DNA of 64,000 nucleotides from Camelus dromedarius. Lineage: Eukaryota. This document shows, in pieces, positions 61,331 through 64,000 of this stretch; position 1 is the stretch's first letter, and each line of letters starts with the position of its first letter. The DNA lies in NCBI RefSeq assembly GCF_036321535.1, contig NC_087436.1, forward strand, positions 81,036,001 to 81,100,000, read 5' to 3'. Under the pieces are notes generated by a model, which worked only from the letters and a program-made list of their open reading frames with translations, did not search any database and was not told the DNA's origin. The position numbers and the translations under genes are program-made.

Positions 61331-64000
61331 TCTGTGTAAGAAATCTGAGATTTCTTCTTTGTCTGACATTTAATAAATTGTGTTATCTAAAAATATCATT
61401 TCATCCAGATTTTAAAATATATTTGAGCTAATTTCCTATGAATTTTTTTTTACTTTATTTAGCTAATGGTTTATTATTTTATTACTATTTCCAATGTTAA
61501 TTTCTAATAGTTTTATCATTTTTTTGTTTTGCTATTTCATTTATTTCAACTTGTGTTTTTATTAATTTCTCAAATGGCCTTCCTTGAACTTTTGTATTGC
61601 CCTTTTTCAAAATTCTTTATATGTAATTGTTTATTTTAATTTTATCAGCTTAATATGAACATTTAAAGTAGGAATGTTCTTTTAGGTTCTGTAAGGTCTC
61701 TCCCATGAGTTTTGCTAGATAGTTATTCAAATACTGATATTTTTATGTCAGTTCTAAAATCTTAGTTTTGATACCATCTTTGACTCATGTTTCCGAAGAG
61801 AAAGTTAATTTTTTTAAAAGTCCAGTTTCTTGGCTCTTTTTTCTTATTTTCTTGTTAATTCTAATTTTATTAAATGATTATCAGAAAATACTACATATGC
61901 TGATTCTTGTCTTTTGGAATATATTGAGGATTTTCACACAGTTGATTTTAGTCTTTAGTTTTCTCTGTTTTAGTTCATTTCTCAGGTTCAACATGTAATT
62001 GAGTTTCACTTCATTTTCTAATTTCTTAGTTTCTTTTGTATATAATAGTTGAGTTTAGCCATTTACAATATATTGATGTGATTGATATGATAATTCTGTC
62101 ATGTTGTTTTACATTATGCTTTCAGTTTGTATAGGCTATTTTTTTCAATATTTGATTTTTTGGACTTGTGTTTCCTTTGAGTTGCATATATTTCTTCTAA
62201 TAATATGGGAAAATTTACTTTTACATGAGGAGGTAGCTTTAAATTAGTACTTTGTATAAAATCCTTAATTCTCAATATTTTACACAATATCTGTTTACTC
62301 CTTAGAAGGAGCAAAGATTATGTTGGGATATTTCTCTTGCTAGCTTTTCTTCTCCACACCCAATTTGGTTGACAATGTTGTATTTCATAATGCATACCTA
62401 TATGTTGTTAAATAAACTTAAATTTCTCTATCTGATCAATTTCAAGTGATAGAGTTTTTTTTAGCTAGCTGTAAGGGAAAAGTAAATGTATGTTTGAAAA
62501 TTTTTCCAATCTTTCCTCTTTCTTCTCGTGCCCATTTTGTTAGATTATTATACTGACAGGATGTATAACATTTATAAAAGTTCTGTAACCCTGCTTCCCA
62601 TATGTTTTAGTTAAATAGATTCAGTGTTCACTTCAAATCATTTTGCTATGGTTTTCCCATTCTTTGCTGTTTGGCAAGTAATATTACTCAAGTCACTTCT
62701 TCACGATGAGCTCATAGCAGTATTTCTTGGTTTCGTTTGTTCAAAAATATGGGTGGAAAACTGTTAGATCACATTTTATGTCTTTGTGGCCTTTGTCACC
62801 ATTTTTTCTACTTTTTTTAATGTTGAATATTGTGGTGGGAAAACTGAGATCACACTGAATTTTAGCTGCTTAAAAATGATTTGATCATGACTGGCCACCC
62901 AAAGAATTTTTTCTTTATCTGAAAAATGCAATAGTATGATTAGGATACATTTCATTGTGAAATGGTCTTGCTGTATAGTGTGTCTTTTGTATCCATAGAT
63001 CTAATTCTTCCTTAATTTCTGGAAAACATCCTTGTGATTTATATTTTAATATTTTGTGTGTTTCTTTGTCTGATTTCCATATTTATCGTTTTATAAAACT
63101 CAGTTAACTCTTTAAAAAATTTTTCTTTTATGTTTTCCGATGTACTGTCTTAAAATTTAGTTCACTCAAATTTTGCCTTTATTTCTCTGATGTTTTTATT
63201 TTTTCCACCCTGTTCCTGAATTTTATTAGCCTGTGATTCATCTATTTTTTGTTTTCTCACCATATGTTCTCTGACCTCTCATGTGCCCATATAAAAATCT
63301 GGCTTATATTACTATTTAAAAGAATGAGAATATGCATATTGGGAGACAATTAGTAGTTTCTACCACAAGTAAAGACTGACTTCTACAGAGGATTTCTTTT
63401 CTTGTCCTAAGCTATATTTCACAGCACTGCAGAGCTTGGAACATTTATTGCCTAAAGCACTCCTGTTCTTTTATTGGTTAAAAGAAGAGATGCTTGGGTC
63501 AGGAGGTGTTTTCTCGCATTCTCCTGGTGCAGGTCCTCAGCACTCCATCTCAACAGATTTTACGTAATAACAGAACCTAACGTAGGTTACACAAGTTGTT
63601 AAAGGAAATACACAGTGAACCATCCTTGTGGTCTCACTGTGTTTTTATGCCTCTTATGTCACATATGTATAATGAGGACTTAGGATTCCATTTTCTGTTA
63701 ACAGGTATGCAGCCCAGCTGCCAAAATCTGCGTTGATTAATAGCAAATTAATGTCTAATAGCAGCATCTGAGAAAATGCTTGCCTCTCCAAGCTCCATTT
63801 AGCTTTGCAATTGCAATTACCTTGCGCTGTAGATTTCTTCATGGCATGAGGGTGTCATTTGCAGGTTTTTAAATGTTTAAGAATATCAGGAGTTAAAATT
63901 AGATTTAGTTTTCCCTGGTGAGATAACAGATGTTCTAGGACACTAATTACCCTAGGAACAGTATCATTTACTTAGAATTTATTAGGTTCATTAAAAAATT

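Larger units (their letters stand above)
58480..63300 (-). mobile_element. Long, highly decayed L1ME-like element hosting younger insertions
   Basis: Antisense L1 motifs in order (ttttatagctgctacatggtattctatt; accaatttacac.ccactagca; ggtaaccaatcatatct; ttgatatgataattctgtcat) with strong T skew. Boundaries approximate. Confidence 0.65.
13307..64000 (+). other. ARHGAP24: ARHGAP24 intron following the first coding exon (incomplete, more than 50 kb)
   Basis: GTAAGT donor at 13307. No continuation of the PH domain was recognised downstream in any listed ORF. Confidence 0.8.

Noticed and set aside
1..64000. CRISPR arrays, operons, tRNA/rRNA/snRNA genes, processed pseudogenes, NUMTs
   Set aside because: Mammalian intron; no regularly spaced repeat-spacer array and none of these genes recognised by eye. 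Short diverged copies could have been missed.

Overview
Mammalian, AT-rich, repeat-dense intronic DNA. The only protein-coding sequence is one 200-nt exon (13107-13306, + strand). It carries the start codon and first 60 codons (N-terminal part of the PH domain) of ARHGAP24/FilGAP. Everything upstream is read as the end of the preceding intron, and everything downstream as more than 50 kb of the next intron. The rest is the usual eutherian repeat landscape: old L1M fragments, L2, MIR, MLT1 (MaLR) LTRs, hAT-Charlie and Tigger MITEs, and microsatellites. There are also five short lineage-specific L1 3' ends, which look camelid-like from memory; I saw no Alu, Bov-A/tA, PRE-1, Can-SINE or ERE. The other ORFs in the track are L1 remnants, microsatellite read-throughs or noise. 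I found no evidence for a new multi-gene biological system. The best second-look items are a candidate internal promoter near 53.1 kb, a 32-bp templated copy at an LTR breakpoint, a template-switch scar at 46.45 kb, a nested L1-in-L1 insertion, a very young L1 with a perfect 17-bp TSD, a 23-nt cryptic microexon and several candidate cis-regulatory patches. Repeat subfamily names and boundaries were called by eye and are approximate.
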